Notes under the pieces: model-generated | What the model was told of the DNA's origin: nothing | The model's database searches: none | Seen by the model: the letters and a program-made list of their open reading frames with translations, nothing else | Source of the DNA: a virus | Taxonomy: Duplodnaviria > Caudoviricetes | Direction: 5' to 3' (one strand) | Length of the DNA: 64,000 bases | Virus record (IMG/VR): IMGVR_UViG_3300046170_000323 | Shown here: one piece after another, positions 1 through 10,151 of the stretch | Layout: each line of letters begins with the position of its first letter | How positions within the stretch are numbered: the stretch's first letter is position 1 | Made by a program: the position numbers and the translations under genes

Positions 1-3000
1 TTCTAGATTCACTAGCGAAGTTACCAAAGAAACTGTCGTTGTCTTGATCATAGAAGATCGGTGATCTCATAGACCGTTTTGCGTATGCGTCACCACGATA
101 ATTTACATAGAATGTTGTTGCGAGTGTACCTGCGCCTGCGCCACCAGTACCTTCTGCAGTCTGAACGATGAAGTTACCAGAACCTTCTTTGTCTTGCGTG
201 TCTGAAGATGTTCCATCATTGTAACCAGTTGTCGCACCGATACGAACTTGTGGTTTAAAGTTTGCGTTACTGTCTTCAAACTGGAAGTTAACCCAAGACT
301 CAGGTGTGTCAATGTCACCAGTTGCATCAGTACCGTTGTCAATCCAAAGTGCATTGAAGTCATTAGCTGGAGCTCCTGTCTTTCTTAGACGGAGAGTATT
401 CAATCTTGACTCAGAGTTACCATCAATGTAGAATGCAGTGTCGTTATTGTCATAGTAGATATTACGATATGCATTTGTACCAGTATCATTAACTGAGAAG
501 TCTACTGAGTCATTGTCTACATTAACTCTTTGAGTACCACCTGTGAAGATACGGAAAGTATCTGCAGGCGCTGAATCCAAAGTAAGTGTTTACATCACCA
601 TTGTGACGAATAAAGTCATCAAGGTCAATACGGTTCATGATAGACGTAGAAGCTGGATCTACGTAATATGAATTGTTTTGTGAATCGTAATAACGTGGTG
701 CATATACTGGAATTGAGAATGTCGCTTTACTATTCTCTACCAACAAACGTTGAACATTATTTGTTTTAACTTCAAACTGATCCGCATTAGGGAAACCAAT
801 AAGAGTTGTTAAGTCTCCACGATGTCTGATAGAGTCATCAATATCTATTGTATTGAGTTGCGAATCACCTGCAGCGTCAATGTAATAGTTATTATCGTCA
901 TCATCATAGAAACGACCTGCATACATGTCTCCAGTGGTTGCAAGATCTTTCCCGCCATGAACTGTGATAGTTGCCGCCGCAGCCTGATAGAAACCACCAC
1001 CAAGACCAAACTTAAGTTCGTTATTCTTTAAGAAACCTGAAGTACCACGTCCAAGGACAATTGCATCATCATCACGGTTTAACTGAATAGAACCTTGTAC
1101 GTGAAGTTTATTTGCATTGATAGAACCAACAGATGCAGTTGCATCAGACGAAGCGTATGACGCAGTTTCACCACCAACAACAACATCTCCACCATGATTA
1201 ATTGTGAATACGTTATCTGCACTAGAGTTCCAGAATTTGATTGCAGTTGTGTCTTGGTCTGGAATGAAGTTTAGATTACCTGAACTATCACCCGCTACAT
1301 GTTGACCATTGCCTGCAGTTGCCTCAAATGTTATAAATCTATTACTTGCAGCAAATGGGTTGAACCCCATGCTAATTCTATTTAAACCAAGAGATGGTTT
1401 ATTAGCCTCAGTACCTGTAACACCTGACTGAGAAACTTGTATACCGCCAGCTGGATTGATAGTAACACCACCAGTCCCAGTAGTGTCATCCATTCTATCG
1501 TAATCAGATGTGTTACCTACTTGAATGGCACCAGATACTGCAAGAGATGCGGCTCCTGATGTATTACTTTCAAAATCCAAGAAGTTTGTTGTACCGCCCG
1601 TTTCTCCTTTAAAGGATGGAGCACGCATTTCGTTATATGCACGAACAACCGAATTTGTAACCAAGAATCCAAGGTTGTTGCCTGTTGTAACTCTAAACTG
1701 ATCATCTGCACTAAATCCAAAGTAAGTGTCAGCGTCACCATTGTGCAAGATATAATCATCGATGTAAATATTCGACAATACGGAACTTGCAGCTGGATTC
1801 AAATAGTAGTTGGTATCATCACTATCGTAATAGAGTGGTGCGTGAATTTCAACAGATGTTACTTTAGTATTTTCAACTCTTAGTTTTGGTGTGTTTGATC
1901 CAGCGTAAAACTCTACTTGATCCGTTTCGAATCTAAGTTTTGTATCTGTATCTCCATTGTGGAACAACTCAGTATCAATACCAATAGTATTTGCAACAGT
2001 TGTCTTATCACCATCGAAGTAGTAAGTGTCATCATCGTTATCAACGAAACGACCAGAACGGATATCCTGATCTGCAGTAATATTATTCGCAGTGATGTCA
2101 CCAATGATTGCACTGTTGGCGTTGATAGTCTGAGATATAATATCGTCAGCAGTCAAATCATTGGTAATGTACGCATTATTTGCAGTTAAGTCTTCTGTAA
2201 TCGCCGCATTTCTACCTGCAGTGATATCTCTTGTTGCAATAACGTCTTGACCTGCAGTCACATCACCTGCGAGTGCAGTGACATCATTTGCCGCTGTGAC
2301 ATCGTTACCTGCAGTAACGTTTCCTGCCGCAGCAGTAACATTTCCTGTGATTGCAGTTACACTTGTTTGCGCAGTTACCGCACCTGCTGATGCAGTAATG
2401 TTTCCGTTAGTCGCAGTAATATTATTGTTTGAAGTGATGTCACCATCCGCAAAGATATCATCTTTCGCAGTGATGTCGCCTTCTGAAACTATATTTCCCT
2501 GTACTTCGTTATTACCAGCAACAATCCAGTCTTCGTTTGTATTTAAATATGCACCGTAGTTTAGGTTACCTTTAAGGAAACCGATTTCGCCGTTGTTGGA
2601 ATATATTGTTCTATTAATTCCCACACCGTCAAAGTTAATTTGTGCAGCGTTGGAGTTATCACCTACTGTAATGTCACCATTAACGTCTAGGTTTTCACCA
2701 ATTAATATACCGTCTGTAACCGCCTGAAGTTTTGCATCGTTTCCGTAAAGAACCTCACCATATCCTTCAGAACCAGTAAATACTGATTTCAAACCAATAT
2801 AGTTACTACCAAACCCTGCAGTGATATTAACATTCGCCGATGAAGAGGATGCAGCACGAAGAGATAGATCACTTCCGTCTGTGGATCTTATTTCGTCTGA
2901 CTCAAAGGAATAGGTTCCTACTGACCACCAATCAGATGTTTCATTCCAAATTAAAGAAACATTATCGGATGTGCCACGTACAATCTCAATACCAGAATTT

Positions 3001-3653
3001 TCTGTAGGTGCGCCTGTAACATTACTATTCAACTGTAGAATATTATCTGCAATCGTTACGACTTCTGAATTAATTGATGTAGTTACGCCTTGTACAGTCA
3101 AGTTACCTGTGATGATATAAGAACCATCCATCGTATCATTTTCATCAGAACGTACGAATTGAGTTGAATCTAAACCGTCGAGTGTTGCGGCGTCGAAAGA
3201 ACCCCCTTGACTTGCCTGATCGTCTGTGGTAATAATACGACGACCTTCGATATTAGTGGTTGACAAACCAGTGAAAGATGTGTTACCATTTGAGAAAGAT
3301 AGTACTTCACTGCCTGCACGTTTGAGAATGAGTTCACCATTCCCTGCGCCACCTTGGTGGAACTCTATACCACTACCAGCTGCCTGCGTTCCGTTGAAGA
3401 TCCCAAAATCATTTGTGTCAATGTTACGAATGGAGAGTGCACCAGAAGGGCCTTCAAATTCTACGATTGGAGAATCTGCAGTTCCAGTGTTATTAATAAC
3501 ATGAAGTGTTGGATAGGATGGGAAAGTAGCAGTAAATTTTACCGCACCTTCAGTCTGAAGTTTACTGATACCATCATCAGTTACACCACCAATGAGTACA
3601 TCGCCTTCAGTCTCAAGGCCGTTTTTGACTATAAATTTCTTATCGTTTGCCAT
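1..3653 (-). CDS. Long tail-fibre/virion structural protein, 3'-truncated by the window edge; +1 frameshift at ~568
   Basis: ORF 522-3662 (likely ATG 3653, MANDKKFIVKNG). Repeats of the type YDxDDxxYYxD...IDDxIxHNGDxxTxxGF. After removing one base near 568 the frame continues (ADTFRIFTGGTQRVNVDND...FASESR) to base 1 with no stop. Confidence 0.8.
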
Positions 3654-3692
3654 TCGGTTCACTCTCCCCAGAATTAGGCATTATTTTCTTTA

Positions 3693-6600
3693 CTATGCTT
3701 TTATCAGTGTAGCAAATACTTTAAATTCAGTTGACGTTGTCGCATCTGGGGTACAGTAAATTCTACCTTCACCACTTTGAAGTAATACATCGTAATCAGC
3801 GAATTCTACACTAGTAGTTACTGTTGCAAACTCAGTTGCATTCAGAGTTGTACCATTGTGCGCAATCATCATCTTTGTGATATGTCTATTTATACCACGA
3901 GTTGCAGTGATAACAACTTCACCGCCACAATATGCTGTTTCATCAAATGAAAACAATATTTGTGAACTGGTTGCAGTTGTCGTGAGTGTTGCGTTAAAGA
4001 ATGCAGAATGTTCTTGAGAGATGACAGCCTGAACCTCTAGGTTCCCTGTCATTACATCCCCATCTTCATTTACGTATCTTGCATCCGCCTCTGCCTGAGA
4101 AATGAATTCAAGTGTTTTTGTATTTGCAGCGACTACGTGTCCGAACTCGTCGAATGAGATCTCGTTAAGAACTTCTTTCTCTGCGACACCTGCAACGTTC
4201 GCTACTGCAGAAGTATCTGCATGAGAAATAGTAACGTTCGCATTGATCGACCCACCACCTGTTAGACCATCACCAACGAGGATCTCTGTGTCAGTAGATG
4301 TAGTCATCGAACCGTTTGCGAGGTTTACCAGATCTGTGAAACCATTAACAAAACCATTGAGGGTAATGCGAGGATCACGATTGATTGTACCATCTACAAC
4401 AAGGTTGCCATCTATGTCAACATTTTCTTCAAATACGCTGTTGCCAGTTACAGTGTCACCTGTTACATTGAAGTATAAAGAGTCCAGTGCACCATTGTCA
4501 AGTTCAGTTTCTGTATAATATCTACCGTCAAGATCTACATTTGCATGTGTTTGTACATGACCGAACTGGTCAAACGTTAAACCAGTAAGTACTCGACCTG
4601 ATGCCAAAGAAACATCAACCACACCAGAAGTATTACTATGTGCAAATGTAATGGATGTATTTGTGAAATCATTTAGGTTAAATGTACCACTACCAGACAG
4701 ACCATCACCAGTATCAATATCAATTGTACCGTTACCGATACTTCCAGTTGCAGTGTTTGCAGCCTGTGCCAAGATGTCTGATGCATGAAGTCCGTCAAGT
4801 AAGTCTGCATCAAGTGATGAACCTGCGCCATCAACTGTTTTGATACCCTCTAGGATTTCTGTATTTGTTACGAGTACTTCAGTTCCATTAACTGTGAGTG
4901 TCTCTCCAACCGAAACATTTCCTGTAGCAGTAATGTCGCCATTAACAGACATGTCACCATTGAATGATACATCACCGTCGATTGTTTCACCGAACAGATC
5001 AATTCTTGCGAGGAACTCAGAACCATCACCTGTCTCCAAGTGTAGAGTATTGTTTCCAGATGAATAGAAGAAGTCTTCAACACCCGCCACTGCAGTGTTG
5101 GACATAGATGTGATACGACCATCCGCAGCGACTGTAACCACAGGAATCTGAGATGCAGTACCGTAAACCCCTGCAACAACACCAGTAGTCGATATGTCTG
5201 TAGTGATTTCTACACTACCATTCGAAGACGTTGCAGTACCAGTTACATCACCATCAAGTGTTACAGTTGTCTGTGTTTGAAGATGGAATTCAGATCCATC
5301 ACCAGTAACCAGAGTGATTGTATTGTTTGCAGGTTCGTATGAGAACGAGTCAACCCCTGCAACCGCCGCAGTGTTTGCAAGAGTAATTCTACCGTCTTCG
5401 TCAATTGTAATAATTGGAATCTCAGTAGATGAACCATAAGTGTCTGCAACCACACCAGTGTTGGCAAGTTCAGTTGTAAGTGTCATCACTCCTGTGTTAG
5501 AAGTGGCAGTTCCTGTTACCTTACCGTCAAGTGTTAGTTCAAGACCATCTTCAAGAAGATCTAGTTTTGCACCATCCAGTGCAATGTCACGTCCGTCGAC
5601 CAATCCACCTACAAAGAGACTACCTGTAATCCCAACATTGTCTGAGAAGAATGTATTTGCACCGAAGGTATTAATGAATGTGTGGAATGATGAACCGTCA
5701 CCAGTTTCAGTGGTAAGTGTGTTGTTCGCAGTATTCCACTCCATGTTGTCCACGCCTGCAACTGCAGATGTGTTTGCAACACGAATGAGACCATGTTCAT
5801 CTATTTCTAGAACTGGAATTTGAGAGGCAGAACCATAAGTCCCTGCAGTCACACCAGTATTCGCCAGTTCAACAACACCATTCGAAACAACGAAGTCAGT
5901 ATCGACAAATGCGGCGACACCCCTGTTATCATTTGATGCAAATTCTGTAGCGAGTTCTGCAGATATCGTAATGGTGTTATTGGATACTACTGTGTTAATA
6001 CCCTCACCAGCGACAAAGTTAATTGTCTCACCAAGATAAACGTTTTCGTCTGGTGTGTATTGTTGTAGAACATTAATTACACCAGAACGGTTTGTGTCTG
6101 CACCATCAATGTAATAGAATGTACCGACAGTGTCTGGAACAAATGTAAGTGTTTCTCCACCAGTCGCACCTTGGTTTGTTACACCAGATGCCTGATCTCC
6201 ACTACCTGCAGTTTCTGAGGTTTTGATGTATAGCGCAATAGTGTTTGCACCAGAAACAGAGAAGTTGACTGTGTCACCAATGTATATTGTTAGTTCTGGT
6301 TCTGATTGTGCAGAATAAGTCTCATCACGTAGAGAACCATTCACCAACCAGTTTGAACCATCAAACAAAGTCAAGTTTGCAGTGACAAAACTTTCTGGAA
6401 TGACTGGATTTGTTTCACCAGTCAGTTTAATAAATGGTTCAAAGATTTGTTGGTTTGTGATACCCTGATCTTTGACTTGGATTACGTCATTAATAATAGT
6501 AAGTGTACTATCGTCAACGTTGGCATCAACAGTAAATGTATTAGAAAGACTAATACCTTCACCACCCAACAACTGGGCATTCAGATAACCAAGTGTAACC

Positions 6601-9600
6601 GCATCGTTGTCGAGTTCTGCCGCACCAATGTTACGTAGAATAGTTCCGTTAAATTCAAGAATACCATTATTTGAAGAAACTGATGTACTATCCCATACCA
6701 TCTCATTGACATTGTCTTTGAGATACATTGCATTTTCAACAAAGAAGTTGTAAACGTTTGAGTTTGCAGCAGGGTTGATTACGAATGATGTGTCTTGCGT
6801 ATCTGCAAAACCACCAGCAATCAACGCACCAGTGATTGTGAAGTCACCAGTTGTACGGTTTGCCTTCGCAAAGTAATTTAAGGAATTGTCAACAAATCCG
6901 ATTTCACCACCAGACGCATAGATGAAAGACTTATCTGTTTCCAGAGGCCCATCTGACATCTCAAGGAATGAGTTGGGTGCACCATAACCAAGAATAAGGT
7001 TTTTGATACGAGAAGTTTCGAATGGGTTAAGATAATAATCTGTGTTCGCAGAGTCTGCAAATGATGCCGCAACCAGAACTCCTGTACCCTCAACTGCACC
7101 ATCTAACCTATAGTAAAGGTTATCTGTGTTCGCAGTCGCAAGATCTGCAACGTGTCCGTATTGATCGAAGGACATGTTCTGAATAAAGTTGCCACCAAAG
7201 TTCGCAGTGTTCGCAACAGTAGACGTATCGTTGTGATAAATTCTTGCAGTCGCCAAAGGAGTTGGTGCGTTATTACCTGTCTGACCATTGTCAACAAGGA
7301 CACCATCGTTACCTGCAATTACACGTGAAACTGTATTCGCAACAAGATCGACTTCGAACAAGTCGCCACCATCGTTGTGAGTAATTACAACACCGTTGTG
7401 AAGACCTGCATTGAAACCATCTGTGAACATCAAACCGATGATGTCACGAGAGGTCTCTGTAAAGTCTGGAATAGCGTTCGCTTGAAGTTCTACTGGAATC
7501 TCTGTCGCAAAGTCAACACGTCCATCTGGTGTGATACGAATACGAGGTGAGAACCCATCGTTACCGTACATACCTGCTTGGACACCAGTGTTTGCAACTG
7601 CCAGTTCCATCTCATTGTCAGTTTCATCAACGCCTTTAAGTTCAAGACCTTGTCCAAGAGTAATCTGAGGATCTTCAAGGATTGCAAAGTTAGATGAGTT
7701 TGCACCATCGATGATTGTTAGTGTGGATGCAAAACCACCATTCTCCAAATAATTTAAAGTAACTGCATCTTGGGGGTTGACAGGGTCAGCAACTTGCGAT
7801 ATAATAGTGTTACCCACTAAAAGATTACCACTAGGTACTATCTCTAAATCAGTATCAGCGCCAGGCGTTGTGATCATACCATTCGCTTCGATAGTCAGTC
7901 TGTTCGCATTCTGAGTGAAGAACTGGATCTGATCGTTATCTGCGTTTGGAGATGATTCCGCAATAATCTTTGTATCTTGGTCAACGTCAATAACAGAACC
8001 TGCTAGTCCTGACCAGATACTACCATCATAACCTTCGAAACGTGAATCAGTTGTATTGAACCTGATCATGCCAGGCGCAGGTGGAGATGGTCTCTGATAA
8101 GTCGCACCGTTTGGTAGTTTTATCGCACCAAGTTGATTGAAGTAAGAAACTTCCCCTGCACCAAGAATAGTATCAGTGTTGATAGTTAAGGAACCATCAA
8201 TTATAGTGTTACCGTTATCATAGTCAACAGTAAATTTATTCTGAGCGTGACCAAAGGTAAGGTTACCAGTATTGGCGAGGTTTAACCTTAGTGTACCACC
8301 AGTAAAGAATTCTAGTTCATCATTGTCTGCACCAGAAGAAGATTCTGCACGAACAAATGTATCCTGATCAGCATCAACTGTTCCACCAAGTCCAGTCCAC
8401 ACATTACCATTATACGCCTCAAATCTTGAGTCCGTAATATTGTAACGAATCATACCTTGTTGTGGAGTGGTTCTTTGATCTGTTGTACCAGCAGGGATGA
8501 CAAATCCACCAGTGGAGTCAATCGTAACAGTGTTAGATGTAATGACAAGATCTTCAAGATCTAAAGAAGTGATAGACTCTAATGTGACATTTGAATTTAA
8601 AGCAAATTCTCTATCATCAATCAGTGTGAGATCTTTACCTGCAGAGAGGTTACCGCCACCAAAGAACTGTTGATATACAACATCGTCTTGGTCAATAACA
8701 AAAGTTTCTGCATCAACAACAGTTGCAACGAAACCTTTATCTCTGTTTGTTGTACCATCTGTAACAAATTCAAACGAGCCTGGCAACTCATTACTATCAT
8801 CTTCAAAAATATTTCTTTGAATTACCCAGTTGACAAATTGATTACCAACTGTTAGAATATCATATGTACCGTTTTCTAATGGATTAGTCTGATCTTTTAC
8901 AAGTAGACTATCTCCTTTAGACCAGATTACAACATCATCGATATTGAGTTGTGTTGCTGGATCCAGTGTGATTGTCGCACCATAGGTGGTGTTACCCGAA
9001 TCAAACGTCCCACCAAGATCTGCAGTTGTTGCAGCCTTGACAGACTTCGAACGAGATACAATCTCTGCAACCGCATCAACGTACCGTTTGTTAGCTCCAT
9101 CATTTGGATCGATTGGATCTCCAACAAAGAGAAGACCTGTTTCCAATGCAAGGATTTCTAAGTCGACATATTCTTTTGTCGTTGGCGCAGAGTTAGATGT
9201 CGGAGTTGGAAGATCAACAACTTCATTGCCTCCGAAGGTAATGAAACCATTCGATGCAACATCAAGAAGTAGATTTGATGGGGATGCAATTGTTGTGTTT
9301 GCAATCGTAAGATCACCAACACCAATCTCTGTCAATCCACTAAGAACGGCAGTGTTATCACTGTTCTGAAGAATAAGATCACCAATCTGAATTGGATTGG
9401 CGGTAATTACTCCATTAGAATTTGTAAAGTTCTGAGGATCGAATGATAGACTACTTAATAGATCTACGTGACCAAACTCATCAATACCAACGTTCTGAAC
9501 GAACCCTAGTATATCGTTATTTGTACTAAGTTCTGAAGATGTGTTTGCGTGAGCAAGAATGATATTAGAAGTTTCAAGGTTGCGAGTATTCGCATCCTCA

Positions 9601-9770
9601 GGCGTAATAATAAGACCATTTCCTGATATACCGAGCGTGGCAACGTATTCGCCAACGGTATCAATACCGAGCGTAACTGAATCTGGAGTTATGAGGGGTT
9701 TCTTTTCGCCTTCTAGAACTGTCGTAACAGATCTTTGTGGTGATGAACCGACTACGACTTTAATTGCCAT
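3693..9770 (-). CDS. 2025-aa virion structural/tail-fibre protein
   Basis: Internal repeats (GxYGxxxxIPxxxxDxxGRxxxxxxxAVAGVD x3-4; IRYNxTDSRFEGYxGxxWxGLxG...DQDT x2; VxDPxxPxDxxxKxYVD-type motifs) typical of T4-like marine phage fibres. Confidence 0.8.
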   Translation of the reverse strand: MAIKVVVGSSPQRSVTTVLEGEKKPLITPDSVTLGIDTVGEYVATLGISGNGLIITPEDANTRNLETSNIILAHANTSSELSTNNDILGFVQNVGIDEFGHVDLLSSLSFDPQNFTNSNGVITANPIQIGDLILQNSDNTAVLSGLTEIGVGDLTIANTTIASPSNLLLDVASNGFITFGGNEVVDLPTPTSNSAPTTKEYVDLEILALETGLLFVGDPIDPNDGANKRYVDAVAEIVSRSKSVKAATTADLGGTFDSGNTTYGATITLDPATQLNIDDVVIWSKGDSLLVKDQTNPLENGTYDILTVGNQFVNWVIQRNIFEDDSNELPGSFEFVTDGTTNRDKGFVATVVDAETFVIDQDDVVYQQFFGGGNLSAGKDLTLIDDREFALNSNVTLESITSLDLEDLVITSNTVTIDSTGGFVIPAGTTDQRTTPQQGMIRYNITDSRFEAYNGNVWTGLGGTVDADQDTFVRAESSSGADNDELEFFTGGTLRLNLANTGNLTFGHAQNKFTVDYDNGNTIIDGSLTINTDTILGAGEVSYFNQLGAIKLPNGATYQRPSPPAPGMIRFNTTDSRFEGYDGSIWSGLAGSVIDVDQDTKIIAESSPNADNDQIQFFTQNANRLTIEANGMITTPGADTDLEIVPSGNLLVGNTIISQVADPVNPQDAVTLNYLENGGFASTLTIIDGANSSNFAILEDPQITLGQGLELKGVDETDNEMELAVANTGVQAGMYGNDGFSPRIRITPDGRVDFATEIPVELQANAIPDFTETSRDIIGLMFTDGFNAGLHNGVVITHNDGGDLFEVDLVANTVSRVIAGNDGVLVDNGQTGNNAPTPLATARIYHNDTSTVANTANFGGNFIQNMSFDQYGHVADLATANTDNLYYRLDGAVEGTGVLVAASFADSANTDYYLNPFETSRIKNLILGYGAPNSFLEMSDGPLETDKSFIYASGGEIGFVDNSLNYFAKANRTTGDFTITGALIAGGFADTQDTSFVINPAANSNVYNFFVENAMYLKDNVNEMVWDSTSVSSNNGILEFNGTILRNIGAAELDNDAVTLGYLNAQLLGGEGISLSNTFTVDANVDDSTLTIINDVIQVKDQGITNQQIFEPFIKLTGETNPVIPESFVTANLTLFDGSNWLVNGSLRDETYSAQSEPELTIYIGDTVNFSVSGANTIALYIKTSETAGSGDQASGVTNQGATGGETLTFVPDTVGTFYYIDGADTNRSGVINVLQQYTPDENVYLGETINFVAGEGINTVVSNNTITISAELATEFASNDNRGVAAFVDTDFVVSNGVVELANTGVTAGTYGSASQIPVLEIDEHGLIRVANTSAVAGVDNMEWNTANNTLTTETGDGSSFHTFINTFGANTFFSDNVGITGSLFVGGLVDGRDIALDGAKLDLLEDGLELTLDGKVTGTATSNTGVMTLTTELANTGVVADTYGSSTEIPIITIDEDGRITLANTAAVAGVDSFSYEPANNTITLVTGDGSEFHLQTQTTVTLDGDVTGTATSSNGSVEITTDISTTGVVAGVYGTASQIPVVTVAADGRITSMSNTAVAGVEDFFYSSGNNTLHLETGDGSEFLARIDLFGETIDGDVSFNGDMSVNGDITATGNVSVGETLTVNGTEVLVTNTEILEGIKTVDGAGSSLDADLLDGLHASDILAQAANTATGSIGNGTIDIDTGDGLSGSGTFNLNDFTNTSITFAHSNTSGVVDVSLASGRVLTGLTFDQFGHVQTHANVDLDGRYYTETELDNGALDSLYFNVTGDTVTGNSVFEENVDIDGNLVVDGTINRDPRITLNGFVNGFTDLVNLANGSMTTSTDTEILVGDGLTGGGSINANVTISHADTSAVANVAGVAEKEVLNEISFDEFGHVVAANTKTLEFISQAEADARYVNEDGDVMTGNLEVQAVISQEHSAFFNATLTTTATSSQILFSFDETAYCGGEVVITATRGINRHITKMMIAHNGTTLNATEFATVTTSVEFADYDVLLQSGEGRIYCTPDATTSTEFKVFATLIKA

Positions 9771-9771
9771 C

Positions 9772-10107
9772 TTAGACCTCTGTAATTGTATCTACGATAA
9801 AGGCAAGTCCCTCAAGTATCTTCGACATTTCTCCAGATTGTTTTCGCATTAGTACATCATATTGGTATTTCCCTGGCTTCAAAGATTGTGTTTGAACATC
9901 AGTAAGGACGAGCGTTATTGTTGCTGTCGCCAGATCCTTTTCGATAGTAAAACTAGTAAGCGGGCTGCCTGTCGTGTATATTTTTTTAATGTCAGCGAAG
10001 AAATCGAGTACAGATATCGCTAACGGATCGTCGTCGCCGTCAAACAAGTTTAAGTCGACACGAAAATCTGTACCTTGGTCTATATAAATGTTTGCTTGAG
10101 TGGCCAT
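9772..10107 (-). CDS. Small conserved virion-associated protein (ANIYIDQGTDF family)
   Basis: 111-aa ORF directly after a late promoter; C-terminal GKYQYDVLM...KILEG motif. Confidence 0.7.
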   Translation of the reverse strand: MATQANIYIDQGTDFRVDLNLFDGDDDPLAISVLDFFADIKKIYTTGSPLTSFTIEKDLATATITLVLTDVQTQSLKPGKYQYDVLMRKQSGEMSKILEGLAFIVDTITEV

Positions 10108-10127
10108 CTACGTTCTCTTTTTTCTTT

Positions 10128-10135
10128 TATTTATA
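10128..10135 (-). promoter_or_regulatory. T4-type late promoter TATAAATA
   Basis: Exact consensus in the intergenic gap, 20 nt upstream of the 10107 start. Confidence 0.85.
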
Positions 10136-10151
10136 TAACGCACTCAAAACA

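Noticed and set aside
3654-3675. Purine-rich leader GGGGAGAGTGAACC before the tail-fibre start
   Set aside because: It looks distinctive, but it is a single copy in this window and is explainable as an SD; I cannot support a regulatory role.
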